A stretch of DNA of 64,000 nt from Candidatus Nomurabacteria bacterium (GTDB lineage: Bacteria > Patescibacteriota > Saccharimonadia > Saccharimonadales > CAIOMD01): NCBI GenBank assembly GCA_020631975.1, contig JACKGO010000002.1, forward strand, positions 7,218 through 71,217, written 5' to 3'. The notes under the pieces are model-generated. The model ran no database searches. It was not told the origin of the DNA and saw only the letters and a list, made by a program, of their open reading frames with translations. This document shows positions 48,701-55,240 of the stretch, piece by piece; within the stretch, counting starts at the first letter, position 1, and each line of letters opens with the position of its first letter. Made by a program: the position numbers and the translations under genes.

Positions 48701-51642
48701 GTGCTTGCAAGTGTTGTTGCGCCGTTGAGGGTATTGGTACCTGTTCCAGTAGTAAATGTCGTACTACCAGTCTGAGTAAAGTTGCCAGTCGTTGTAATGG
48801 CACCAGATGTGTTTAGGGTTCCAGCAACATTCAACTTGTACGTACTGGTGTCAGTAGAACCAATGGCGGTGTTGCCGGACGAAGTGTTGACGACGAGCTT
48901 GTCAGTATTGACCGTGAAGGTGCCAGCCACACTGAGCGCACCGTTCATCAGACCAGCACCAAGGTTGTCTATGCTAAAGCGGGTAATACCATTAGCTTGG
49001 AGTTCTATGCCAAAGGCATCGTCTGCCCCAATGATGACGTTACTGCCAAAAGTATTACCACCTTGCAGGATGTCACCATTGCCACCAGTACCAGCACAGT
49101 TGCCAGTTGTGAGACAGACCGTACCCGTGGCATTAGGGAATGTGATGGTACGGTTAACGGTTGGATCAGCAATCGCAAAGGTGGTGGTGTAGGCATTGTC
49201 AGTGGCTCCTTGGAAGACCAGTGCATTGGTACCAAGCAGTTGTGAGGTAACGGTTAAGCGGTCTAGGCTGGCGTTGTTACCAATGGTGGTATTGCCTTGG
49301 ACGGTAAGGTCACCTGTGGCGGTAAGGTTGGCAAACTGTACATTGCTGGTGGTGGTGAGGTTCTGGCCCGTGTCGTAGGCGAGTTGGGCATCACCAATAC
49401 TATCTGCGGTAATGCTGAGATTAATGTTTGGACTAGAAGCAGATACCGCTATTTGGCTATTGCCTTGGATGGTGAGCGCACCACCTAAGCCATTTAAGGC
49501 TGTCACGCCACCAGATCCACCAACACTGGCTTGGCTGACCCACGTAAAGCCACCCGTGGTGTTATCGTAGGTGAGGACATAGCCGTTCGTACCAGCACCA
49601 GCTACGTTGGTGCTTTCTAGATCAATTGCTTCTAAGGTACCGTTAGTAACTTCACTGCCCTCTATGGTGGTACCGAGACTGCTGGTGAGGGTGACACTGC
49701 CACCCAATGCCACCGCGCCACCACCTGTTAAGCCAGTGCCAGCCGTCACGGTGACTTGGCCACTACCAGTCAGACGAGCATTGGCCACCGTACCGCTACT
49801 TATGTTGCTACCATTAAGAGCACTTAAGGCTGCACCATTGCCACTGAATGAGGTAGCCGTGACAGCACCGGCGCCAGTCACACGGAAGTTACTAATACCG
49901 TTGGTTTGCCAGTTAACGTAATCGCCCGCGTAACCACTGCTGGCGTTAATACCAATGTAGGTACCGCTGGCACTGCCGGCAGCAATTGCACTACCAAACT
50001 TGAGGAGTGATGAGGTGGCCGACAAGGCGGGCACACCAGTGAAATCTGCAGCGACACCGCCGGTGACACTACTCGTCAGGGTTGCACTGAAGGTCTTGGC
50101 CCCACTGACGGTTTGGGTATTGTTAAGTAACATCACGTTACTGCTAAGACGAGCGTCAGCGACCGTGCCAGAAGCAATGTTACTACCATTTAAGTTGGTT
50201 AGGTTAATACCACTCACAGCTGGTAATTGGCTGCTGGCATTAAGCTGCACCAGTTGGCTGGCACCGTTAAAGCTATTGCCTTGTAAGGTAACGTTACTAC
50301 TAAGACGGGCGTCAGCGACCGTGCCACTGGTAACTTGGTTACCGTTAATAGCAATGGAGCTAGCGCCGGCAGCGGTTAAGCGGCCATCACTATCTACCGT
50401 AAAGGTTGCTACACTGGATGCACTGCCATAGCTACCACTCGTCACAGTCGTACTGGCGAGTTCAGACGCATTCACTGCTCCAGCAGCAATCTCACTAGAA
50501 CCAACACTATCTACTGCTAAGGAACTTGCTGTTAAGCTGTCATTGGCAATTTGGGCATCACCAATACTATCTGCGGTAATGCTGAGATTAATGTTTGGAC
50601 TAGAAGCAGATACCGCTATTTGGCTATTGCCTTGGATGGTGAGCGCACCACCTAAGCCATTTAAGGCTGTCACGCCACCAGATCCACCAACACTGGCTTG
50701 GCTGACCCACGTAAAGCCACCCGTGGTGTTATCGTAGGTGAGGACATAGCCGTTCGTACCAGCACCAGCTACGTTGGTGCTTTCTAGATCAATTGCTTCT
50801 AAGGTACCGTTAGTAACTTCACTGCCCTCTATGGTGGTACCGAGACTGCTGGTGAGGGTGACACTGCCACCCAATGCCACCGCGCCACCACCTGTTAAGC
50901 CAGTGCCAGCCGTCACGGTGACTTGGCCACTACCAGTCAGACGAGCATTGGCCACCGTACCGCTACTTATGTTGCTACCATTAAGAGCACTTAAGGCTGC
51001 ACCATTGCCACTGAATGAGGTAGCCGTGACAGCACCGGCGCCAGTCACACGGAAGTTACTAATACCGTTGGTTTGCCAGTTAACGTAATCGCCCGCGTAA
51101 CCACTGCTGGCGTTAATACCAATGTAGGTACCGCTGGCACTGCCGGCAGCAATTGCACTACCAAACTTGAGGAGTGATGAGGTGGCCGACAAGGCGGGCA
51201 CACCAGTGAAATCTGCAGCGACACCGCCGGTGACACTACTCGTCAGGGTTGCACTGAAGGTCTTGGCCCCACTGACGGTTTGGGTATTGTTAAGTAACAT
51301 CACGTTACTGCTAAGACGAGCGTCAGCGACCGTGCCAGAAGCAATGTTACTACCATTTAAGTTGGTTAGGTTAATACCACTCACAGCTGGTAATTGGCTG
51401 CTGGCATTAAGCTGCACCAGTTGGCTGGCACCGTTAAAGCTATTGCCTTGTAAGGTAACGTTACTACTAAGACGGGCGTCAGCGACCGTGCCACTGGTAA
51501 CTTGGTTACCGTTAATAGCAATGGAGCTAGCGCCGGCAGCGGTTAAGCGGCCATCACTATCTACCGTAAAGGTTGCTACACTGGATGCACTGCCATAGCT
51601 ACCACTCGTCACAGTCGTACTGGCGAGTTCAGACGCATTCAC
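39745..51642 (-). CDS. Giant tail-fibre-like surface protein (largest intact ORF of locus C)
   Basis: 3965 aa. Contents: 389-aa tandem repeats; three RGAANRLD(L/I)A(T/S)GDSLN(L/V)(V/I)SG.I blocks; two CBM-like jelly-roll segments (YNGDFETNTTAGWSG..., VNGDLEQWNAAN...); a peptidase-S74-type intramolecular chaperone motif CTSDERLKY...LGLIAQNVQTVLPEFV + coiled coil; and a ~170-aa C-terminal module shared with loci B and D. The Met start lies inside a repeat, so the true start is probably at 54860. Confidence 0.75.
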   Translation of the reverse strand: MNASELASTTVTSGSYGSASSVATFTVDSDGRLTAAGASSIAINGNQVTSGTVADARLSSNVTLQGNSFNGASQLVQLNASSQLPAVSGINLTNLNGSNIASGTVADARLSSNVMLLNNTQTVSGAKTFSATLTSSVTGGVAADFTGVPALSATSSLLKFGSAIAAGSASGTYIGINASSGYAGDYVNWQTNGISNFRVTGAGAVTATSFSGNGAALSALNGSNISSGTVANARLTGSGQVTVTAGTGLTGGGAVALGGSVTLTSSLGTTIEGSEVTNGTLEAIDLESTNVAGAGTNGYVLTYDNTTGGFTWVSQASVGGSGGVTALNGLGGALTIQGNSQIAVSASSPNINLSITADSIGDAQIANDSLTASSLAVDSVGSSEIAAGAVNASELASTTVTSGSYGSASSVATFTVDSDGRLTAAGASSIAINGNQVTSGTVADARLSSNVTLQGNSFNGASQLVQLNASSQLPAVSGINLTNLNGSNIASGTVADARLSSNVMLLNNTQTVSGAKTFSATLTSSVTGGVAADFTGVPALSATSSLLKFGSAIAAGSASGTYIGINASSGYAGDYVNWQTNGISNFRVTGAGAVTATSFSGNGAALSALNGSNISSGTVANARLTGSGQVTVTAGTGLTGGGAVALGGSVTLTSSLGTTIEGSEVTNGTLEAIDLESTNVAGAGTNGYVLTYDNTTGGFTWVSQASVGGSGGVTALNGLGGALTIQGNSQIAVSASSPNINLSITADSIGDAQLAYDTGQNLTTTSNVQFANLTATGDLTVQGNTTIGNNASLDRLTVTSQLLGTNALVFQGATDNAYTTTFAIADPTVNRTITFPNATGTVCLTTGNCAGTGGNGDILQGGNTFGSNVIIGADDAFGIELQANGITRFSIDNLGAGLMNGALSVAGTFTVNTDKLVVNTSSGNTAIGSTDTSTYKLNVAGTLNTSGAITTTGNFTQTGSTTFTTGTGTNTLNGATTLASTLQVNGNTTLGDANTDTTTVRGLTTLSDSSSTYPLRFGADVDLYRGAANRLDLATGDSLNLVSGNIQQNGTNRLTTAGLFQAADGAVGGPAYSFSSSTNMGMYRIDASNLGFSVAGTERLRVTTTGAQVTGDLAVTGKITQGGYLALDNDNLVYNGDFETNTTAGWSGLTDTTTGGNSGNYTSRVVNSSTVLSEDYIPVDPTKDTLQFEAYVKETVTGTTPGVIYAGYIAYNAAKSAITTAPCGTYCYFASASYNIPNDGNWHKLNATTSGEGTSYPNFPVGTKYVRVLFLANYSSAGGETTLIDHVSVRKINNGPLYVGGDFTSTNLVDNNQVSKLYTDGSNNLNIQTVAGNGNIVLTPNGSGYVNIASNLYTGGTQRLSAAGALSSITGYSQSSGAYGFSGGGNFSIDSSGLDVSTTGTITGATWNGNVITDIYINDALTVSSAGSVDWTALTNYPGACSAGQAITQLGDTITCSSFASSSGSGNYIQNQYASAQSSSNFWISGNGRLGGSLTVDTGSAFTGSSNIFQNGSGSGFFQVYGIGDGYGGGTMAVFKNDSINSSNNYIRLQADANGTPINFADFQYGGSNNLVINNTAGGGIALNGANVTIAQDLTVTGADLTLGSDVTISRGAANRLDLATGDSLNLVSGNIQQNGTNRLTTAGLFQAADGAVGGPSYSFSSDTNTGMYLVGADTLGFSTGGNERLRVQSDGSVNILANNIINATSPVGGNTMNFRAGEYNILYNATSRPGYTVTQPGAVRLFSSLASLFDGDTTPTTTSGGDVSAVAPAIVQVDFPVRNTQTGGVSYGWNSRYWRPTNFTIELYTSLDNITYNWETVTNVTGYSKNYYYASNSMGKYVKGYRITITEDASNNGIQIGDLYLDFGEASPYQELYVSTNGGTIYNGSLNIVSGSLLTNNTTRLTNAGVLQNVTYQGNTIANTYLTGSGALTVTAGNGLTGGGSTALGGSTTLTVGAGSCITVAATNVGVTNNCVDATTLDGLDSTAFAPATGGSGYVQLQGSTPGTAQTGNLNITGTGRFGAVYVGNGTTGTISLGDGSFSKTSGSGFLFNSSVNGVQGINTGAGAGTNRIDSSGNLVNIGTISSGLINGQTISSSANFTGSLTVTSGATTINQTADDATFTGFVTNDSGVLKYRTTAQVASDIGAVTKTTTTQGGTLVAGNWYRIATSAGGGAGRGAAKIVLSNGGGSGVPNQIVMNVVKDWGTSGSITMLSQNGTSCWSNVRMVNDSGAPNVTYIDAQAVAACQSSEVTVTSEGSSMNYFSATSFTAPAGGSEVTIASLDITGNTLFGITGAGTNNAFRIQPSALLSSQNNYSLLTTSTGTITVSNASGTLAAAGILTVAGNTTLGDTATDTTTARGLTTLSDSSATYPLRFGSDVNLYRGAANRLDIASGDSLNVISGQIMTDAGNLSVLTTASGATNIRARGLLLGSSYDSTPLQNEIRSTNNQNLILNSRGTGNLYLQTADTTKLTVQNNGNVGIGTTTPNTALDVNGVTSRSQNNVRTYKNVYTYNISASNQTGTIVLTAPKGFTATMLRFTIKGYDYSGYGAWEAIVSGYAYTTPSWVNASAEIRGSAPFTTIRLASNGTNPVIMLGNTSTVWQYPKVVIEEIIAGHSSIDGWGDAWSGALVTDETTPINYTLINTPSQSGPFIQNGNSFGTTATLGTNDSQALVLETANTARLTITNAGAATFSGTLAVTSTSTFTGLGTFNGGITVANNSNFSQTGSGTFSTGTGANTLNGATSITSTLSVTGNATFDTNTLFVDAALNRVGIGTATPSRKLEVYGGHGDTQLLLHSIGDGGATNTADLMLWASEPGYTYTGVGIANNMYNTTGFPRINTNRGGSMIRLLDNSMRFSTVNSSGTQLDGLVLDGSGNLTAAGVIQGTRFTSTIATGTSPFTVSSTTKVTNLNADLLDGLDSTAFAPASGSGNYIQNQNSSAQSSSNYWISGEGKANNLVVTGTGGVLQFENTATLQAKNSGGTYEQFLWPRWSDNVMYLNYGASGFNIRNNSSTSTMFMGNNGNVSVGTTGSSYRLTVNYTAPATFTNAAGDFNQMWQAGGTNILGVAASTGDTTARLVTNNGYNLAFHANGAATAHMTLTTAGNLGIGRTNPQYLLDVSKANTSTGAFSSNAQMALRNSDGTTNNWTELAFHGNGSIAAGIAAQNINHGSAYANLSFFTRGASGWSNKLTILSDGNVGIGDTNPAAKLTVNGNILASSNSYLNFGSTSGSAGYGIRDNAGTLQVKNNAGSWQNISAAVWTSSGGALSMVNTTDLLKVNGANAYSYAQSILVNGDLEQWNAANDVPIGYGTFWQLRSTSTRSATHYGNVGSYSAAATFAANPGGGGYQRYDMLDSFDVSPGEFIEVSAYGFYSGTAGGVVPNLSIGILLNDSANDPMFFVPGAAIYTVKDCNLTTSWAECRGTFQIPAGKLKGRIVISTGQGDAAGAITAYVDKIQAQKRSFAVTSTGVGINAGKDIFFGREELFGGVDTGGSDYGYIHWDNDNNAYNYWGDSTENGALIIGVQNDGNNVNSDVLVQYSPAAVITHSREQIWQDGASITNKYANIYNGGFWSNGSITADSAVYASNWFRSYGQTGWYNENYGAGIYSIESNVVRTYQNNSFRVYGNYNYMQLWTNTGTNAAYIGVNNSTSALALNPGAQWATIGDPGQRMSLSLYTQTSNCTIHGSLSCTSDERLKYIDSSATGNLAKIMQLQPTYYRYKSDPGTQKLGLIAQNVQTVLPEFVSVDSQGYLLLDTAGLVTPLIGAVQEQQAMITDAQNRLTALENSIQPASNNILDLTNGGTIQGSLNIVGSLNVTGPVTMKSLTVTDNVVIAGNLTVENITVANITVNGKIITAGNTPTVSTGVAAGTEDVLNNIAAPVVTVSGNDTSGTITVVAGANTTADELAKVTFNTAFTNKPRVVFSPANRDSAKVGAYYDGSTTTNTSFSIYTDQAPQAGKTYTFTYFIVE

Positions 51643-53224
51643 TGCTCCAGCAGCAATCTCACTAGAACCAACACTATCTACTGCTAAGGAACTTGCTGTT
51701 AAGCTGTCATTGGCAATTTGGGCATCACCAATACTATCTGCGGTAATGCTGAGATTAATGTTTGACTAGAAGCAGATACCGCTATTTGGCTATTGCCTTG
51801 GATGGTGAGCGCACCACCTAAGCCATTTAAGGCTGTCACGCCACCAGATCCACCAACACTGGCTTGGCTGACCCACGTAAAGCCACCCGTGGTGTTATCG
51901 TAGGTGAGGACATAGCCGTTCGTACCAGCACCAGCTACGTTGGTGCTTTCTAGATCAATTGCTTCTAAGGTACCGTTAGTAACTTCACTGCCCTCTATGG
52001 TGGTACCGAGACTGCTGGTGAGGGTGACACTGCCACCCAATGCCACCGCGCCACCACCTGTTAAGCCAGTGCCAGCCGTCACGGTGACTTGGCCACTACC
52101 AGTCAGACGAGCATTGGCCACCGTACCGCTACTTATGTTGCTACCATTAAGAGCACTTAAGGCTGCACCATTGCCACTGAATGAGGTAGCCGTGACAGCA
52201 CCGGCGCCAGTCACACGGAAGTTACTAATACCGTTGGTTTGCCAGTTAACGTAATCGCCCGCGTAACCACTGCTGGCGTTAATACCAATGTAGGTACCGC
52301 TGGCACTGCCGGCAGCAATTGCACTACCAAACTTGAGGAGTGATGAGGTGGCCGACAAGGCGGGCACACCAGTGAAATCTGCAGCGACACCGCCGGTGAC
52401 ACTACTCGTCAGGGTTGCACTGAAGGTCTTGGCCCCACTGACGGTTTGGGTATTGTTAAGTAACATCACGTTACTGCTAAGACGAGCGTCAGCGACCGTG
52501 CCAGAAGCAATGTTACTACCATTTAAGTTGGTTAGGTTAATACCACTCACAGCTGGTAATTGGCTGCTGGCATTAAGCTGCACCAGTTGGCTGGCACCGT
52601 TAAAGCTATTGCCTTGTAAGGTAACGTTACTACTAAGACGGGCGTCAGCGACCGTGCCACTGGTAACTTGGTTACCGTTAATAGCAATGGAGCTAGAGCC
52701 GGCAGCGGTTAAGCGGCCATCACTATCTACCGTAGCACATGGATGCACTATAGCTACCACTCGTCACAGTCGTACTGGCGAGTTCAGACGCATTCACTGC
52801 TCCAGCAGCAATCTCACTAGAACCAACACTAAAGGAACTTGCTGTTAAGCTGTCATTGGCAATTTGGGCATCACCAATACTATCTGCGGTAATGCTGAGA
52901 TTAATGTTTGGACTAGAAGCAGATACCGCTATTTGGCTATTGCCTTGGATGGTGAGCGCACCACCTAAGCCATTTAAGGCTGTCACGCCACCAGATCCAC
53001 CAACACTGGCTTGGCTGACCCACGTAAAGCCACCCGTGGTGTTTATCGTAGGTGAGGACATAGCCGTTCGTACCAGCACCAGCTACGTTGGTGCTTTCTA
53101 GATCAATTGCTTCTAAGGTACCGTTAGTAACTTCACTGCCCTATGGTGGTACCGAGACTGCTGGTGAGGGTGACACTGCCACCCAATGCCACCGCGCCAC
53201 CACCTGTTAAGCCAGTGCCAGCCG
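49385..53224 (-). repeat. Tandem repeat, 1167-bp unit x ~3.3 copies, inside locus C
   Basis: Identical ORF-track translations recur at +1167/+1166 bp in several frames (49607/50774/51940; 50000/51167/52333; 49878/51045/52211). Copies 1 and 2 look identical. Copy 3 and partial copy 4 carry the indels listed for locus C. Confidence 0.9.
51699..52760 (-). CDS. Locus C repeat-copy ORF fragment
   Basis: 353 aa. Apart from its first ~10 and last ~15 residues it is identical to one 389-aa repeat unit of the giant ORF. It is bounded by indels. Confidence 0.45.
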   Translation of the reverse strand: MVAIVHPCATVDSDGRLTAAGSSSIAINGNQVTSGTVADARLSSNVTLQGNSFNGASQLVQLNASSQLPAVSGINLTNLNGSNIASGTVADARLSSNVMLLNNTQTVSGAKTFSATLTSSVTGGVAADFTGVPALSATSSLLKFGSAIAAGSASGTYIGINASSGYAGDYVNWQTNGISNFRVTGAGAVTATSFSGNGAALSALNGSNISSGTVANARLTGSGQVTVTAGTGLTGGGAVALGGSVTLTSSLGTTIEGSEVTNGTLEAIDLESTNVAGAGTNGYVLTYDNTTGGFTWVSQASVGGSGGVTALNGLGGALTIQGNSQIAVSASSQTLISALPQIVLVMPKLPMTA

Positions 53225-54860
53225 TAATGCTAAGGCTGGCATTTGTCAGACCTACGGTTAAGTTCCCATTCGCCCCACCATCTGTGATGGAGATGTTAGA
53301 ACCAGCCGTCAGGACTCGTTCGTTGGTGAGGCTGCCGTCTAGACCAAGTGTGAGGTAGCTAGCGGCAATTGGTGCACTACCACTGCCACCTGTTCCACAG
53401 GTACTACTAAAGCTGAGGTTACCAGCTGCATCACCGACAATACAGTCACCACTACCACCATAGCCACTCGGGAGCTTAAAGGTCAGGTTACTAGCAATGG
53501 CAGCTGACTGCAGCGTGGTAGTGTTGCTAGAGCCATCGTTGAGCACGAGACTACCTTGTTGAGTCGTTGTACCAACGCTGATGGTTGCACCCTGGACGGT
53601 GAGGGTACCACTAAAGGTTGGGGAGTTGGCGACATTGATGGTCAGGGTGCCATTGGCACCTGTGTCAGCCACGCTAATGTTAGTGCCAGCGGTTAAGACT
53701 CGTTCACCCGTTAAGGTACCGTCTAGGGCGAGGGTGAGGTAGCTGGCACCAACTGGTGCGCCACCACCGCCTGAGCCACAAGTGGCACTGAAAGATAGAC
53801 CACCTGCTCCGTTGCCAACAATACAGTCACCACTACCGCCATAGGCATTTGGGAGGGTGAAGGTCAGATTGCCGGCAGTGGCAGCAGCTTGAATGGTGGT
53901 GGTGTTGGTACTGCCATCGCTTAAGGTGAGGACACCTGCTTGGGAGGTGGTGCCAATAGACACACTGGCACCCTGAAAGACACCAGTGCCCGCCACGGTG
54001 AGGTTACCATTGGCGGCCAGTAGCAGTCGGTCATTGCCACTGGCTTGGAACTGCAGTAAGCTACCTGCTCCGGTTTGGTTGATGCGCAGTGCTGTGTTGG
54101 CTGAATTGACAGTTTGGGTGGCACTAGGTGCCAGTTGGGCCAGTTGGTCAGCCGTAAAGGAGCCCGTGGCTCCTTTGAGGGTTTGGGCTTGTTGGGCAGC
54201 AAAGGCGTATGGTACAGCCGTTACCTTGATGCGAGGGTTCATCTCACCATTCCATGGTGGGGTGGCGGTTTGGGTGGGACCGCCGATGTTCATGCTGAGC
54301 CAGAGTTCTTGGCTCCAGTCTATGGTGCCAGGAAAGGCTGTACCACCAGCGGTGGTATCTGCCAGGCTGACGGTCAGGTAGCCGTTCTTGACCTGGACAC
54401 GGTAGTCATTGCCAGGTGCGGCGCCATTGGTGTCGTAGCGAGTGTCTGTCCAGAGTAGTGTGCCACCAGAGGCTGCATCGTACAGTTTAAACTGGACGTT
54501 GTAGTAGCCATCAGGCACCAGGGCGCCAGTGTTGGTGAGGATACGGGCTTGGAAGTTAATGGTGGTGTTAGCGGCTGCTTTAGCTACGGGTGTGAAGGCG
54601 GGCGTATATAGATATATATACAAGGAGAGGATGGTGACAAGAGCAAGAGCAAGCAAAGCAAAGCGGGAAAGCTTTGTTACGAGAGAAGACCGAGCTGCTG
54701 GATACAAGTTGTTGGATGATGGAGGAAGCACAGCATGCAAAAGAAGCACCTCGTGGATCATCTGCTTTGTTGTCTTGTGGGTAGGTGCGGCCTTACCACG
54801 ACGACGGAGGAGATGACGGGTGCGTGAAAGTATGTGACTAGTGCGGGATAGTCTGTTCAC
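53133..54860 (-). CDS. Locus C N-terminal ORF (distinct basic leader + TM, conserved N-domain)
   Basis: 575 aa with leader MNRLSRTSHILSRTRHLLRRRGK... and TM FALLALALVTILSLYIYLY. From AANTTINFQ onward it is near-identical to locus A. It ends at ...SSLGTTIGQ, where the repeats read SSLGTTIEGSEV. Confidence 0.7.
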   Translation of the reverse strand: MNRLSRTSHILSRTRHLLRRRGKAAPTHKTTKQMIHEVLLLHAVLPPSSNNLYPAARSSLVTKLSRFALLALALVTILSLYIYLYTPAFTPVAKAAANTTINFQARILTNTGALVPDGYYNVQFKLYDAASGGTLLWTDTRYDTNGAAPGNDYRVQVKNGYLTVSLADTTAGGTAFPGTIDWSQELWLSMNIGGPTQTATPPWNGEMNPRIKVTAVPYAFAAQQAQTLKGATGSFTADQLAQLAPSATQTVNSANTALRINQTGAGSLLQFQASGNDRLLLAANGNLTVAGTGVFQGASVSIGTTSQAGVLTLSDGSTNTTTIQAAATAGNLTFTLPNAYGGSGDCIVGNGAGGLSFSATCGSGGGGAPVGASYLTLALDGTLTGERVLTAGTNISVADTGANGTLTINVANSPTFSGTLTVQGATISVGTTTQQGSLVLNDGSSNTTTLQSAAIASNLTFKLPSGYGGSGDCIVGDAAGNLSFSSTCGTGGSGSAPIAASYLTLGLDGSLTNERVLTAGSNISITDGGANGNLTVGLTNASLSITAGTGLTGGGAVALGGSVTLTSSLGTTIGQ

Positions 54861-55195
54861 TGCGGATATTTATTTTTATTTAGGCTGCACTACATTGCGG
54901 ATGTAATGAGCGTTTTTTGTTGCGGTTTGTCTGCGGATGACTTTGTTTATTTAGTTTTTTGCTTTTGACAAACTTACTTACCAGCATATCTGAGGCAACA
55001 GAGATGTACAAGACTTTTTGTATACAAAAATAGAACACAGAAAGAAACATAAAAACACATACATAGTGTGTGCAATATGTAGCGTTACTTACATCGTTAC
55101 AGGAGCAATATATAAAACACAGAGCTACCAACAGTGCTTCACACTGTATGCATTATTACAACAACAATATTTGAGGGGGTAGAGTTATCCACAGG
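54861..55195 (-). promoter_or_regulatory. Conserved upstream module of fibre locus C
   Basis: TTGTATACAAAAATAGAACA (55018-55037) and CATCGTTACAG. The distal block AAACACAGAGCTACCAACAGTGCTTCACACTGTAT.CATTATTACAACAACAATATTTGAGG is shared only with locus A. TTATCCACAG is at 55185-55194. Confidence 0.45.
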
Positions 55196-55240
55196 GATAT
55201 AGAGAGTTTAAAGGTAATTTTGATAATTACTGATGCAACA

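Larger units (their letters stand above)
39745..54860 (-). pseudogene. Fibre locus C: ~15.1 kb (~5000-codon) tail-fibre-like gene interrupted near its 5' third by small indels
   Basis: ORFs 53133..54860, 52723..53079, 51699..52760 and 39745..51642 are collinear pieces of one sequence. The breaks are a CT loss at ~53150, a T gain at ~53043, ~11-nt and 9-nt losses at ~52740 and ~52820, and a G loss at ~51763, each judged against the intact tandem-repeat copies. Confidence 0.5.

Noticed and set aside
49385-53224. CRISPR array
   Set aside because: The repeats are 1167 bp, contiguous and protein-coding. No short repeat/spacer structure and no cas genes were seen anywhere in the window.
159-54816. 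Dozens of plus-strand ORFs of 60-170 aa (V/P/L/A-rich, e.g. 159..647, 31671..32078, 43307..43735, 49607..49921, 52333..52848) lying antisense to the fibre genes
   Set aside because: They mirror the GGT/ACC/GCT-rich codon composition of the minus-strand genes. They repeat exactly with the minus-strand repeats, lack RBS or start context, and have no recognisable motifs. They are antisense artefacts.
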